This document shows, in pieces, positions 38,669 through 48,013 of a DNA stretch of 64,000 nt (position 1 is the stretch's first letter; every line of letters starts with the position of its first letter). This stretch comes from Spirochaetia bacterium. Lineage in GTDB: Bacteria; Spirochaetota; Spirochaetia; WTKD01; G963693115. Under the pieces are notes generated by a model. It ran no database searches. It worked only from the letters and a program-made list of their open reading frames with translations, and was not told the origin of the DNA. The stretch covers positions 258,251 to 322,250 of the forward strand of contig CBDDCA010000006.1 in assembly GCA_965226055.1 (NCBI GenBank), written 5' to 3'. The translations under genes and the position numbers were made by a program.

Positions 38669-41116
38669 TCAAATTCCCAGTGCATTCAACCTCAGTCTCT
38701 CTGTTGTAGTTTGTACAGTCTTTGCTTGATACCCCTTAAGCGGAATAAGATTTTGGTGAATAGCATCCAATATAGTATGTTTAGTAGGAAAATACTCCAA
38801 TTCCAAATCAGCAGGAGGCGTAATAAGATTTTTTGCACCAACAACAAAAGGAGGAGCATCTAAATAATCAAATACCACTGTACTAAGATTACTTGCTACA
38901 GTATGCATAAATGAACCTCTTTCCACTGCATCACTTACTAATAGTACCTTTCCTGTTTTTTTTACCGATTCTATAAGAATATCATATTGTAATGGATTTA
39001 TAAAACGAAGATCAATAACATCTGATTCTATACCATGTTTTGTCGAGAGATACTGTGATGCTTCCAATGCTGGATACAGAGTTGGCCCTACTGTAATAAT
39101 ACTAAGATGCTTTCCGTTTCTCCGCTGTACAGGAACACCCAATTCTACTGTATAATGCTCCTGTGGTACTCCCTGTGAATAAAACAGCTCTCCTTTACTA
39201 TACAATTTTTGACTTTCAAAAAATATCACAGGGTTACTTGCACTCAATGCTGTAGCAAGCATCCCTTTTGCATCATAGGGAGTGACAGGATACATGACTT
39301 GTAACCCAGGTATGTGTGCCACAAGAGATGTCCAATCTTGTGAATGCTGTGGCCCATACTTAGTTCCCACTGATACACGCAGCACTAATGGCATTTGTAA
39401 TGCTAACGCACTCATGCCTTGCCACTTTGACATCTGATTAAATACTTCATCTCCAGCCCTCCCAAGAAAATCACAATACATAAGCTCCACTAATGCCCGT
39501 CCTCCACTGAGAGCATACCCTATAGCTGTACCAACAATAGCACTTTCTGCAATAGGAGGGTTAAACAATCTATGATATGGCAACGACTCAGTTAAGCCAC
39601 GATAACACGCAAACGCTCCTCCCCAATCTCTATTTTCTTCTCCATATAATATCAACTTTGAATCAGTATATGCACTATGTAGCACAGCTTCAAATATCCC
39701 ATCACGCAATGTATACACCTGAGATTCTGGATATGGTTTTTTTTGTTCATCAAAAGCATAGCGTTTTTTACTTAATAGCTGTTTTACACGAGAATTTTCC
39801 TCTTGTGGAATACGTACTTCTGGTATATCATTTGTAGTGTATGCTTTTTGAGAAAACATTCTATTCTCAATAGCAGCAACAGTAACAAAAGGATTTTCCT
39901 CTGTACGAATAACAAGCTCAAGTGTCTTCTTTATTTTTATCATAACATCTTCATGAAAAGAAGAACATGCTTCTTCACTTACAATAGCATGAGATAGCAA
40001 ATAATTAGCATACTCTATAATTGGATCTTTTTCCTTAAAGCTATCAATTTCCTCTTTTGTTCTATATGAAGAAACATCAGAAGAAGAATGACCTGAAATT
40101 CTATATGTAATCGTATCAAGCAAAACAGGCCCACGCCCTTGTAATAGAATTTCTTTTTTTCTCCGCGTAGCATCAGCCACCGCTAATGGATTAAAGCCAT
40201 CGACTCTTTCTGCATACATAGCATTTGCATTCACCCCCGATGCAATACGAGCCATAACCCCTATCCCCATAGTTTCCCCAACAGTTTGCCCTCCCATACC
40301 ATAAAAATTATTAAAGATATTCATCAGATATGGCGGAGCTCCCTCTTTATCCCAAAGACTATAGTACTGTTCCATTGAAGAAAACATAAGAGCTTCCCAT
40401 ACTGCTCCACATGCCATAGCAGCATCCCCTATATTTGCAATTACTATGCCCGGTGTATTATGTATTTTTTTATACAAAGCAGCCCCCAATGCAATAGTAG
40501 CACTGCCTCCCACTATAGCATTATTTGGCATACTTCCCAACGGAAAAAAGAATGCATGCATTGATCCTCCGATCCCTGCATTAAATCCATTTTCTCTTGC
40601 AAAAATTTCCGAAAGCAACCCATACAATACACAATATTCCGCAACATCATACATATTTTTTGCGAGCTTATGCTTTTCAACAATATGTAGCAGAGTACCT
40701 TCTCTATAATTCAAGAACAATGTATATAAATCATTTTCATTTAAGCCTCGAATAGCCGAAAAACATTTTGCTATAATCTCACCATGACTACGATGAGAAC
40801 CAAAAATAATATCATTTTTTTCTAAAGCAAGACATTGTCCTACAGCAGCTGATTCCTGTCCAATAGATAAATGTACTGCCCCTCTATGAGTGTAGCGTAT
40901 GTTCTGATATTCTCCCTTTGTTTTTATAGCACTAAGCATTTGCTCAAATTCTCGAATTATGAGCATATCATAATATACTCTTCTTAACCTTTCTCTCCCG
41001 TACCGTTCCAGTTCTCTATAAAAATGAGGTTGATACGCATTTATTGGAATAGACGCAGACTCTAACACATCTGCTTTGCGTATTTCATCTTTTTGTAACA
41101 ATATACTCTTTGGCAT
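38669..41116 (-). CDS. Fused E1 alpha+beta component of a TPP-dependent 2-oxoacid (pyruvate/acetoin-type) dehydrogenase
   Basis: 815 aa. The N-terminal E1-alpha TPP-binding region is followed by an E1-beta transketolase-like pyrimidine-binding region and C-terminal domains. Confidence 0.8.
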   Translation of the reverse strand: MPKSILLQKDEIRKADVLESASIPINAYQPHFYRELERYGRERLRRVYYDMLIIREFEQMLSAIKTKGEYQNIRYTHRGAVHLSIGQESAAVGQCLALEKNDIIFGSHRSHGEIIAKCFSAIRGLNENDLYTLFLNYREGTLLHIVEKHKLAKNMYDVAEYCVLYGLLSEIFARENGFNAGIGGSMHAFFFPLGSMPNNAIVGGSATIALGAALYKKIHNTPGIVIANIGDAAMACGAVWEALMFSSMEQYYSLWDKEGAPPYLMNIFNNFYGMGGQTVGETMGIGVMARIASGVNANAMYAERVDGFNPLAVADATRRKKEILLQGRGPVLLDTITYRISGHSSSDVSSYRTKEEIDSFKEKDPIIEYANYLLSHAIVSEEACSSFHEDVMIKIKKTLELVIRTEENPFVTVAAIENRMFSQKAYTTNDIPEVRIPQEENSRVKQLLSKKRYAFDEQKKPYPESQVYTLRDGIFEAVLHSAYTDSKLILYGEENRDWGGAFACYRGLTESLPYHRLFNPPIAESAIVGTAIGYALSGGRALVELMYCDFLGRAGDEVFNQMSKWQGMSALALQMPLVLRVSVGTKYGPQHSQDWTSLVAHIPGLQVMYPVTPYDAKGMLATALSASNPVIFFESQKLYSKGELFYSQGVPQEHYTVELGVPVQRRNGKHLSIITVGPTLYPALEASQYLSTKHGIESDVIDLRFINPLQYDILIESVKKTGKVLLVSDAVERGSFMHTVASNLSTVVFDYLDAPPFVVGAKNLITPPADLELEYFPTKHTILDAIHQNLIPLKGYQAKTVQTTTERLRLNALGI

Positions 41117-41222
41117 ACTTATTTATAGTGTATCATGTATTTTTATTGAAAAAAACTACTACTTGCACTCAATCTTCAATATTGTTAGGATACATACATT
41201 TTCACTTTCTTTTTGGCATCTC

Positions 41223-42032
41223 TCATACTACAGATGAAGGCGAAAAGTGAGCTATGGCTAACGATACTTTGTGTAAAAATCCAGCTGCTTGTACTTCATT
41301 ATATGCTCTACTATCAAAAGAAAATGATAATGTCACATACGGCTTAAAAGATACTCCCCCATCAGCTGTATATCTTGCCTGTGGCACAATAGGACTTATT
41401 CCTAATATGCCCGTCTGTGGAATAGTGAGAACAGGAGTATAGTGTTCTATCCCATATGATCCAAAATTACTTATAGTAAATGTAGCTCCTTTAAGGGACT
41501 GTGCATCTATACTATTGTTTCTACACTTATGTATAAGAATTTTTGCATTCTGTGATATTTCGTTAAGAGACTGTGTATGTGCATTTCGTAACACTGGCAT
41601 TAGTACCCCAGAAGGACTATTTACCATAAAAGAAAGATGTACCGAACTATGCTCAACAATTTGGTTTCCATCTTCTCGCAAAGAATTTATAAAAGTACAC
41701 TCTGCAAGCACACGAGAACAAATATACAAAAACATATCATTTAGAGTAATAGTTTTATTCTGTGTTTTATATTGCTTATGGGATCGCTGAACAGATCTTG
41801 CATCTGCTGACATTGTTATTGTGCGCTGCTCAATGCTCCTTACCTGTTCTTGTTGCAATAAAAACGAACGAATAGTAGCTTCTTCTATCCTTAACAAAGA
41901 GTTCTGTTCAATATACAAGTGAAACAATGGGTAAAGGGAAACAAACTGTTCAAAACTCCACCCTCTTTGTGTAAGATAGCGTTTTGCTCGGGGACTTAGA
42001 TGCACAGAAGGAAGAGTAGCTATTTCTGTCAT
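41223..42032 (-). CDS. E2-like 2-oxoacid dehydrogenase acyltransferase catalytic domain. It has no lipoyl domain and an atypical active-site motif
   Basis: A PSBD-like N-terminal segment (SPRAKRYLTQRGWSFEQF) plus a 2-oxoacid_dh catalytic fold ending '..LSFSFDSRAYNEVQAAGFL', where the canonical motif is DHRxxDG. Confidence 0.65.
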   Translation of the reverse strand: MTEIATLPSVHLSPRAKRYLTQRGWSFEQFVSLYPLFHLYIEQNSLLRIEEATIRSFLLQQEQVRSIEQRTITMSADARSVQRSHKQYKTQNKTITLNDMFLYICSRVLAECTFINSLREDGNQIVEHSSVHLSFMVNSPSGVLMPVLRNAHTQSLNEISQNAKILIHKCRNNSIDAQSLKGATFTISNFGSYGIEHYTPVLTIPQTGILGISPIVPQARYTADGGVSFKPYVTLSFSFDSRAYNEVQAAGFLHKVSLAIAHFSPSSVV

Positions 42033-42087
42033 ATATATTTGCTATTATACATTACTTTCACTTTCATATGTCTCTCTCCATTTATTA

Positions 42088-43044
42088 TCATATTGGTATC
42101 TTAATCCATGCTTGAGGCACATCTGTATCATTGATACTGTATCCTTCTTTTTCTTTAGAACTAATATACGGTAAAATTACTATCTTATCTTTATTTGTAT
42201 TAAGCCATGCTCCCCACCAACTAAATGTACTACTTGCAATTATTTGATGCTTACATTTACTTAGCAAATATAAATCTTCATGTCCTTTTGAAAGTGAATT
42301 TCCGTCCATAATAGTAAAGGATATATGAGAGAAACGATGAGCTTGCCTTTTAACCCATGCAGGATCATCACTAAAGAAAAAATAATGTGGATGCTGTAAT
42401 TTTTTCTGCATAATATGTATTGCAGCAAGATAATAATCTATACCTACCAAATTGCCTATAGTAACAACATCTGTCCTACGAATATGAACTCCCACTGATT
42501 GCTTTTTACTCAATATGATGTTTTCGTATTTTAAAGAATAGCTGCCAAGTGGATTACGAAGGGTACATTGCTGAAGAATATCACTTCGATACTCTTCAAA
42601 AAATGTATGACATTGAAACCAACCATCAAGGTACACATTATTCCCCAGACGAAATAAAGATTGTACATACTCATCTGGATACCCATATTTAACATGATGA
42701 TTATTAAACGTTTTCAAACAATATATCTTTGTAAGATACCGTTTAAGAAATAATGCTACTTTCATAGGAACATTCATTTTCCTTATAAGAGATAATAAAG
42801 CATGCACTCTCCTATAATATTTGTAAGAAGGTATTAGTAAGCAACCATATTGAGCAATAATATTATATTCATCAAGAAAAAGAATACGAGCTTTTATACT
42901 GTTACCAGCAGAATCTTTCACAAAATAATCATAATCTAAAAAATCAAGAACAACATAGGTATTATTTTTTCTTGCTAAGGCATAGGCTGTAGCGTATTGA
43001 AATAACTGATTACCAAGTCTCCCTTGTACTTTAACAGCTATCAT
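42088..43044 (-). CDS. Glycosyltransferase family 11 (alpha-1,2-fucosyltransferase-like)
   Basis: N-terminal 'MIAVKVQGRLGNQLFQYATAYALA' is the GT11 hallmark (FutC/WbsJ-like). Its start lies inside the 3' end of the upstream HtrL-like gene. Confidence 0.75.
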   Translation of the reverse strand: MIAVKVQGRLGNQLFQYATAYALARKNNTYVVLDFLDYDYFVKDSAGNSIKARILFLDEYNIIAQYGCLLIPSYKYYRRVHALLSLIRKMNVPMKVALFLKRYLTKIYCLKTFNNHHVKYGYPDEYVQSLFRLGNNVYLDGWFQCHTFFEEYRSDILQQCTLRNPLGSYSLKYENIILSKKQSVGVHIRRTDVVTIGNLVGIDYYLAAIHIMQKKLQHPHYFFFSDDPAWVKRQAHRFSHISFTIMDGNSLSKGHEDLYLLSKCKHQIIASSTFSWWGAWLNTNKDKIVILPYISSKEKEGYSINDTDVPQAWIKIPI

Positions 43045-43990
43045 ATCTTATACCATATTTATCCCTTCCATTGAGGACGTACCCCCCCCCCCCCAATTTC
43101 CACAGCATGCCTTTTACAATATTCTTAAAAGATTGATATAACGAAGGTTTCATTTTTTTCTGTAATAATTTCTCTGGTAAAAAATATTGATGAAAATAAA
43201 ACCATACATCAAAAGGATGAGGAGGATCAATCATATGAAAATATTCGGGATATCCAATGGCAAGACGAGCATATATATTTTGTTCTACTCCAATAAATGT
43301 ACCATGAGAAGACATGTTATCCTTCAATGTATAGTAAAGATTATGTATTTTTAAGAGAATAGAGCTATGAATAAGAAATAAGCCTCCAACATGTTCTCTT
43401 GTTCGCAAGGTCAATGTAGCTATATTTTCTTTCTCCTTCGCATATTGTTGAACATCAAACCTTTGTTCTGTTTTTGTCATTACTACTTTATGGGGAGACA
43501 TAGTAGTTACTTTTTCTACATCAGGCCACTGTCTAATTTCTCTTGGTTTCAAATCGTAATCATACCTACGCTTTCTTCCTCTAAACGCTCCAATATCCAT
43601 CCACATAAACCACTGCGACCGAAACACATTTAACTCATACGCTTCTTTTACAAAATGTAATTTTTCGTTCCATATAATATACAGCTCAGGATCATGTATA
43701 TCTTTTTCTTTATTTTTTGCATGATGTTCTTGATACAATGCATAATGAGCATACTCATGAAGCTGATGAAATTCTTTTATAATAACAACAGTATTTTCTT
43801 GATACTTTTTCCTTAATCGTAAAAAATAGGGAGCATGCTCTTTATCAGTAAATATAACGAGCGGGAGTTTCATATTACAGAGAAAATTTTTTATCCACTG
43901 TTTATACATATCATCACTATGTTTTGATTTCTTAAGACGATAATATGCAGTCACTATTGTGAGACTATTCTTAACAATACTTTCCTCCAA
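43031..43990 (-). CDS. HtrL/YibB-family putative glycosyltransferase, copy 1. It has a poly-G tract near its 3' end
   Basis: 'SLTIVTAYYRLKKS...' has HtrL_YibB-like N-terminal topology. It is about 96% identical to the 44115-45119 protein up to '...MLWKLGGGG', after which the tails differ. Confidence 0.6.
   Translation of the reverse strand: MEESIVKNSLTIVTAYYRLKKSKHSDDMYKQWIKNFLCNMKLPLVIFTDKEHAPYFLRLRKKYQENTVVIIKEFHQLHEYAHYALYQEHHAKNKEKDIHDPELYIIWNEKLHFVKEAYELNVFRSQWFMWMDIGAFRGRKRRYDYDLKPREIRQWPDVEKVTTMSPHKVVMTKTEQRFDVQQYAKEKENIATLTLRTREHVGGLFLIHSSILLKIHNLYYTLKDNMSSHGTFIGVEQNIYARLAIGYPEYFHMIDPPHPFDVWFYFHQYFLPEKLLQKKMKPSLYQSFKNIVKGMLWKLGGGGYVLNGRDKYGIRYDSC
43082..43094 (-). repeat. Homopolymeric tract C13 on the + strand (G13 on the coding strand). 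It lies ~17 codons before the stop of HtrL copy 1
   Basis: Counted directly: 43081 'a', then 13 c, then 'aatttcc'. Confidence 0.95.
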
Positions 43991-44046
43991 ACACTAGTAC
44001 AAGTATATCATACTAGTACTATTTTTATTTAAGTCAACAATAACGA

Positions 44047-44085
44047 TCACGAGTTCAAGGAGTAACTGCGACAAAGGAGCAAAAA
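44047..44085 (+). repeat. Solo IS30-family left-end (IRL) remnant at the junction of the tandem HtrL duplication
   Basis: 'cacgagttcaaggagtaactgcgacaaaggagcaaaaaa' matches the IS30 left end at 54784 with four mismatches. Confidence 0.5.
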
Positions 44086-44114
44086 ACATACTGTTACCTA
44101 ATTTATGTGATCTA

Positions 44115-45119
44115 TCAAAAATAAGACAAGATGCCATTAGTATACAACAAAAATTCTATTTTATAAGCAAACTCTCTTTCCTTCCTTATTATTATTCCAT
44201 TGGGGTGTACCCCCCCCCCCCCCAATTTCCACAGCATGCCTTTTACAATATTCTTAAAAGATTGATACAACGAAGGCTTTATTTTTTTCTGTAATAATTT
44301 CTCTGGTAAAAAATATTGATGAAAATAAAACCATACATCAAAAGCATGAGAAGGATCAATCATATGAAAATATTCAGGATATCCAATGGCAAGACGAGCA
44401 TATATATTTTGGTCTACTCCAATAAATGTACCATGAGAAAACATATTATCCTTCAATGTATAATAAAGATTATGTATTTTTAAGAGAATAGAGCTATGAA
44501 TAAGAAATAAGCCTCCAACATGTTCTCTTGTTCGCAAGGTCAATGTAGCTATATTTTCTTTCTCTTTCGCATATTGTTGAACATCAAACTCTTCCTCTGT
44601 TTTTATCATTACTGCTTTATGGGGAGACATAGTAGTTACTTTTTCTACATCAGGCCACTGTCTAATTTCTCTTGGTTTCAAATCGTAATCATACCTACGC
44701 TTTCTTCCTCTAAACGCTCCAATATCCATCCACATAAACCACTGCGACCGAAACACATTTAACTCATACGCTTCTTTTACAAAATGTAATTTTTCGTTCC
44801 ATATAATATACAGCTCAGGATCATGTATATCTTTTTGTATATCTTTTGCATGATGTTCTTGATACAATGCATAATGAGCATACTCATGAAGCTGATGAAA
44901 TTCTTTTATAATAACAACAGTATTTTCTTGATACTTTTTCCTTAATCGTAAAAAATAGGGAGCATGCTCTTTATCAGTAAATATAACGAGCGGGAGTTTC
45001 ATATTACAGAGAAAATTTTTTATCCACTGTTTATACATATCATCACTATGTTTTGATTTCTTAAGACGATAATATGCAGTCACTATTGTGAGACTATTCT
45101 TAGCAATACTTTCCTCCAA
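44115..45119 (-). CDS. HtrL/YibB-family putative glycosyltransferase, copy 2. It has a poly-G tract near its 3' end
   Basis: Tandem paralog of 43031-43990. It is identical over most of its length and diverges at only a few residues (e.g. KDIQKD vs KNKEKD; MIKTEEEFD vs MTKTEQRFD). Confidence 0.6.
   Translation of the reverse strand: MEESIAKNSLTIVTAYYRLKKSKHSDDMYKQWIKNFLCNMKLPLVIFTDKEHAPYFLRLRKKYQENTVVIIKEFHQLHEYAHYALYQEHHAKDIQKDIHDPELYIIWNEKLHFVKEAYELNVFRSQWFMWMDIGAFRGRKRRYDYDLKPREIRQWPDVEKVTTMSPHKAVMIKTEEEFDVQQYAKEKENIATLTLRTREHVGGLFLIHSSILLKIHNLYYTLKDNMFSHGTFIGVDQNIYARLAIGYPEYFHMIDPSHAFDVWFYFHQYFLPEKLLQKKIKPSLYQSFKNIVKGMLWKLGGGGVHPNGIIIRKEREFAYKIEFLLYTNGILSYF
44210..44223 (-). repeat. Homopolymeric tract C14 on the + strand (G14 on the coding strand) in HtrL copy 2
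   Basis: Counted directly: '...tggggtgta' then 14 c (44210-44223) then 'aatttcc'. This is one nucleotide longer than the tract in copy 1. Confidence 0.95.
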
Positions 45120-45224
45120 ACACTAGTACAAGTATATCATACTAGTACTATTTTTATTTAAGTCAACAATAACGATACTATACCAATAGCCCAAAATTAT
45201 AAGGGCTATTGATATATGCAAGTA

Positions 45225-46250
45225 TTACTCTTCCACTAATACAGGAGGTGGTGTTTGTTCTGAGTCTTGAAACATAGCTTCTTCATTTTCTTCAGGTTCT
45301 TGAGCAAAAAAGTGATCATCATCAACAAGGAAACGATCTTCTACTGTCGAGTTATTAAGAATAAATGCAACAGTATCGCGTCCTCCTTTTGTTTTTGCAT
45401 AATAGGTATCAGCAAAAAAGTATATATCTAATTCAAGAGCATCTCCTGATTTTTGAGTTACTTTTATACTGATACTTTTTGTTTCTTCTTGCAATGCTAC
45501 AGATGTAAGATCTTTCGCTTCTAAGAAAAACATATCTGTGAGATACTTTTCTGCAAGCACAGCATCAATCTTTTTATCAGAACCTACTAAACTCCATCCC
45601 TCATCGTTTCTTTCTAGTAGCATAGTACTTGACAACACTTTTGTCTTATCATCATATCGTTGTATTTGATACTGAGATACATTTTCTACAGCATTATTAC
45701 TAGGAAACAAACGAAGGTCTGCCCAATCCAGATAATCATACTGTAGGTAAGACACCATAGTATCATCTATTTGATATACAGAGGGACTATCATCAATTTG
45801 AGCAAAACTATTTGCTCCTGAAGCATCGCTCACTCGCAATGAAATCAGCTGGGATCCATCCTCTGCTGAAAGAACTAAGGAATACGCAGTATCGCCTAAC
45901 TGATACTGTGATACATCTTTTGGATCTTTCGATACGAGCCTTCCTTTTTTTACCTTTGCTACTGTATTGAGGAACGATTGCACTATATCTTGATTTACAG
46001 GATAATTTTTTACATCCACATCCTCTTCTTCTCTTGTGAGCGTCCATATATTGTTCAATTTTTTGAGAACAAATTTTTCGCTCGTACCAATTCCTTCTAC
46101 ATTAGCTATATCAACAGTACCAATAAGTGGCTGTGATACTTTTTTTCTCTGCTGTGATTGAGGCTTTGTTACTGTAGCTATGGTATACACTAGCACTAAT
46201 ATCACAAATATCACAGTGAGTATTACAATATTTTTTGTATTTTTAGTCAC
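45225..46250 (-). CDS. Secreted/anchored accessory protein of the GldG-type ABC system (DUF4340-like)
   Basis: An N-terminal TM anchor and an acidic C-terminal tail. It sits immediately downstream of the gldA/F/G-like genes. Confidence 0.5.
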   Translation of the reverse strand: MTKNTKNIVILTVIFVILVLVYTIATVTKPQSQQRKKVSQPLIGTVDIANVEGIGTSEKFVLKKLNNIWTLTREEEDVDVKNYPVNQDIVQSFLNTVAKVKKGRLVSKDPKDVSQYQLGDTAYSLVLSAEDGSQLISLRVSDASGANSFAQIDDSPSVYQIDDTMVSYLQYDYLDWADLRLFPSNNAVENVSQYQIQRYDDKTKVLSSTMLLERNDEGWSLVGSDKKIDAVLAEKYLTDMFFLEAKDLTSVALQEETKSISIKVTQKSGDALELDIYFFADTYYAKTKGGRDTVAFILNNSTVEDRFLVDDDHFFAQEPEENEEAMFQDSEQTPPPVLVEE

Positions 46251-46267
46251 AATTATTCTCCTTTATT

Positions 46268-48013
46268 TTAATATCGTCTCCGAGAAAGATTTCTTCTCAT
46301 AAAAAGTACTACTGCCCCAACAATAACTATAAGTAAAGGGACAAAAAAGTTATTGATCAACTGAACAACAAACATATACCCTTCTTTTTTTGCTTCGTCT
46401 TGAATCTTATTTAACTGAAGATTACGTACATTCTTTGACTTTATCTGTAATAACTCTACATCAGCACTTAACCATTCTGTTGAGTTAGATACAAAAGAAA
46501 TATTATACTGTGCATTAGAAAATTGATAGAGAGGACTTATAAAATAATGACTTCCCGCAGCAAGAAACCTTGCCTGTTCGGTACTTGATATATACTCTTC
46601 TATACTCTCCTCTGGGGTACTTATAATCCCTGCTTCTACTGCACTTGATAATGGGCCATTAAATACAGAGATAAGATTATATTGTTTTGTATTCTCTTCA
46701 TTTTTAGAAGTAAAAAATCCAGTGTTATCAGGAACTACATTAAAGCCGTTTCCTTGTGCATTAGGCCCTACTGTCCATCCATCTTCTGTAGTTTTCACTA
46801 TATTTGTTACATAGTCTGCAACATCATCGCGAACAACTATTGGGCTTGTCCAATACATATCCAAGCCTGCAAAACGGTTTGTAATAGGATGATCTAAGGC
46901 AACATTTTGCTGAGCAATGGTAGGCCACATTGGATAACTTTGAAAAATACTTACTCCTGCACCACCACTTAAAGGAATCTGCTTATTAAGAGAATCAAGT
47001 GCTATTTCATCTTTTATAGTAAGCCCATAACTCTCTATCATTTTATTAAGGACTGTGTCATTGGCTGTTGCAAATAAGCCTCTTTGTAAATCAACATTCG
47101 CTCTATCAACTGCAAAAAACACTCCTTTTCCTTGCATAACAAATTGGTCTATACGATATGCTAACTCATTGGACACATCCTGATTTCCTAAAATATACAA
47201 CACATCCACATCATCAGGAAACGGAGCATCATCTTTTTCTATTATTTTGACTTCAAAATCTTGCTCAAGTATTTGTTGTATCACTTGCCTATTCTGTTGA
47301 TCATCATAGTATGTATCAAGAAACAACACTCCAACAACACGTGCATCATCATTATATGTTTCTACTATTTTTGATACTACTTGATACTCAATAATGGATG
47401 GTTCTAATGTAAAAGGGATAACACTGTTTCGTTCTTGATAAGAAATAACAATGCCTGAATATACCACCGCAAAAGATGCCTCGTTCTTTTCAACAAACTG
47501 TATCTGTCTTGGTTCTAAGCCTTTTCCACGTAATTCTTCTTCGCTCAATGTTTCTGGATCAATCTCCTCTACAATAATACTCCCAGAACTCCGTGCTGCT
47601 ATTTCTTGTAATGTATCAAGAATTTGCTGTGTTCCTTGTGCTTGCAGTTTTAATTTAGGACTAATATAATAATCTATGTATACAATATCCTCAAGGTCTC
47701 TTAGTATATCAATGGTCACCTGAGAGATTGAATATACTTTATTTTCTGTAGTATCAATACGAAAGGGAAATACCAACGAGTTTATTAGCACTAACACGAT
47801 TACTGCAAAGAATACAATAGAAACAAACTGTTCCTTTGCTTTTTTCTGCCATATCCCCCCTCCCTTAGCTCCTTTCTTTACTTTCTTCTGAGATACAGTA
47901 GAACTTTCTCCTTGAGATGCTGTATCTTTCTGAGTATCATCCTGTTGTGCTGGCACAGATGATACATTTTTTATATCTTCATTTCTTTCATCATTACTCA
48001 TGTCTACCTCCAT
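46268..48013 (-). CDS. GldG-like ABC-transport auxiliary protein (ABC-type uncharacterized transport system)
   Basis: 581 aa with one N-terminal and one C-terminal TM segment flanking a large periplasmic region. The position after the ABC-2 permease resembles gldG. Confidence 0.65.
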   Translation of the reverse strand: MEVDMSNDERNEDIKNVSSVPAQQDDTQKDTASQGESSTVSQKKVKKGAKGGGIWQKKAKEQFVSIVFFAVIVLVLINSLVFPFRIDTTENKVYSISQVTIDILRDLEDIVYIDYYISPKLKLQAQGTQQILDTLQEIAARSSGSIIVEEIDPETLSEEELRGKGLEPRQIQFVEKNEASFAVVYSGIVISYQERNSVIPFTLEPSIIEYQVVSKIVETYNDDARVVGVLFLDTYYDDQQNRQVIQQILEQDFEVKIIEKDDAPFPDDVDVLYILGNQDVSNELAYRIDQFVMQGKGVFFAVDRANVDLQRGLFATANDTVLNKMIESYGLTIKDEIALDSLNKQIPLSGGAGVSIFQSYPMWPTIAQQNVALDHPITNRFAGLDMYWTSPIVVRDDVADYVTNIVKTTEDGWTVGPNAQGNGFNVVPDNTGFFTSKNEENTKQYNLISVFNGPLSSAVEAGIISTPEESIEEYISSTEQARFLAAGSHYFISPLYQFSNAQYNISFVSNSTEWLSADVELLQIKSKNVRNLQLNKIQDEAKKEGYMFVVQLINNFFVPLLIVIVGAVVLFMRRNLSRRRY

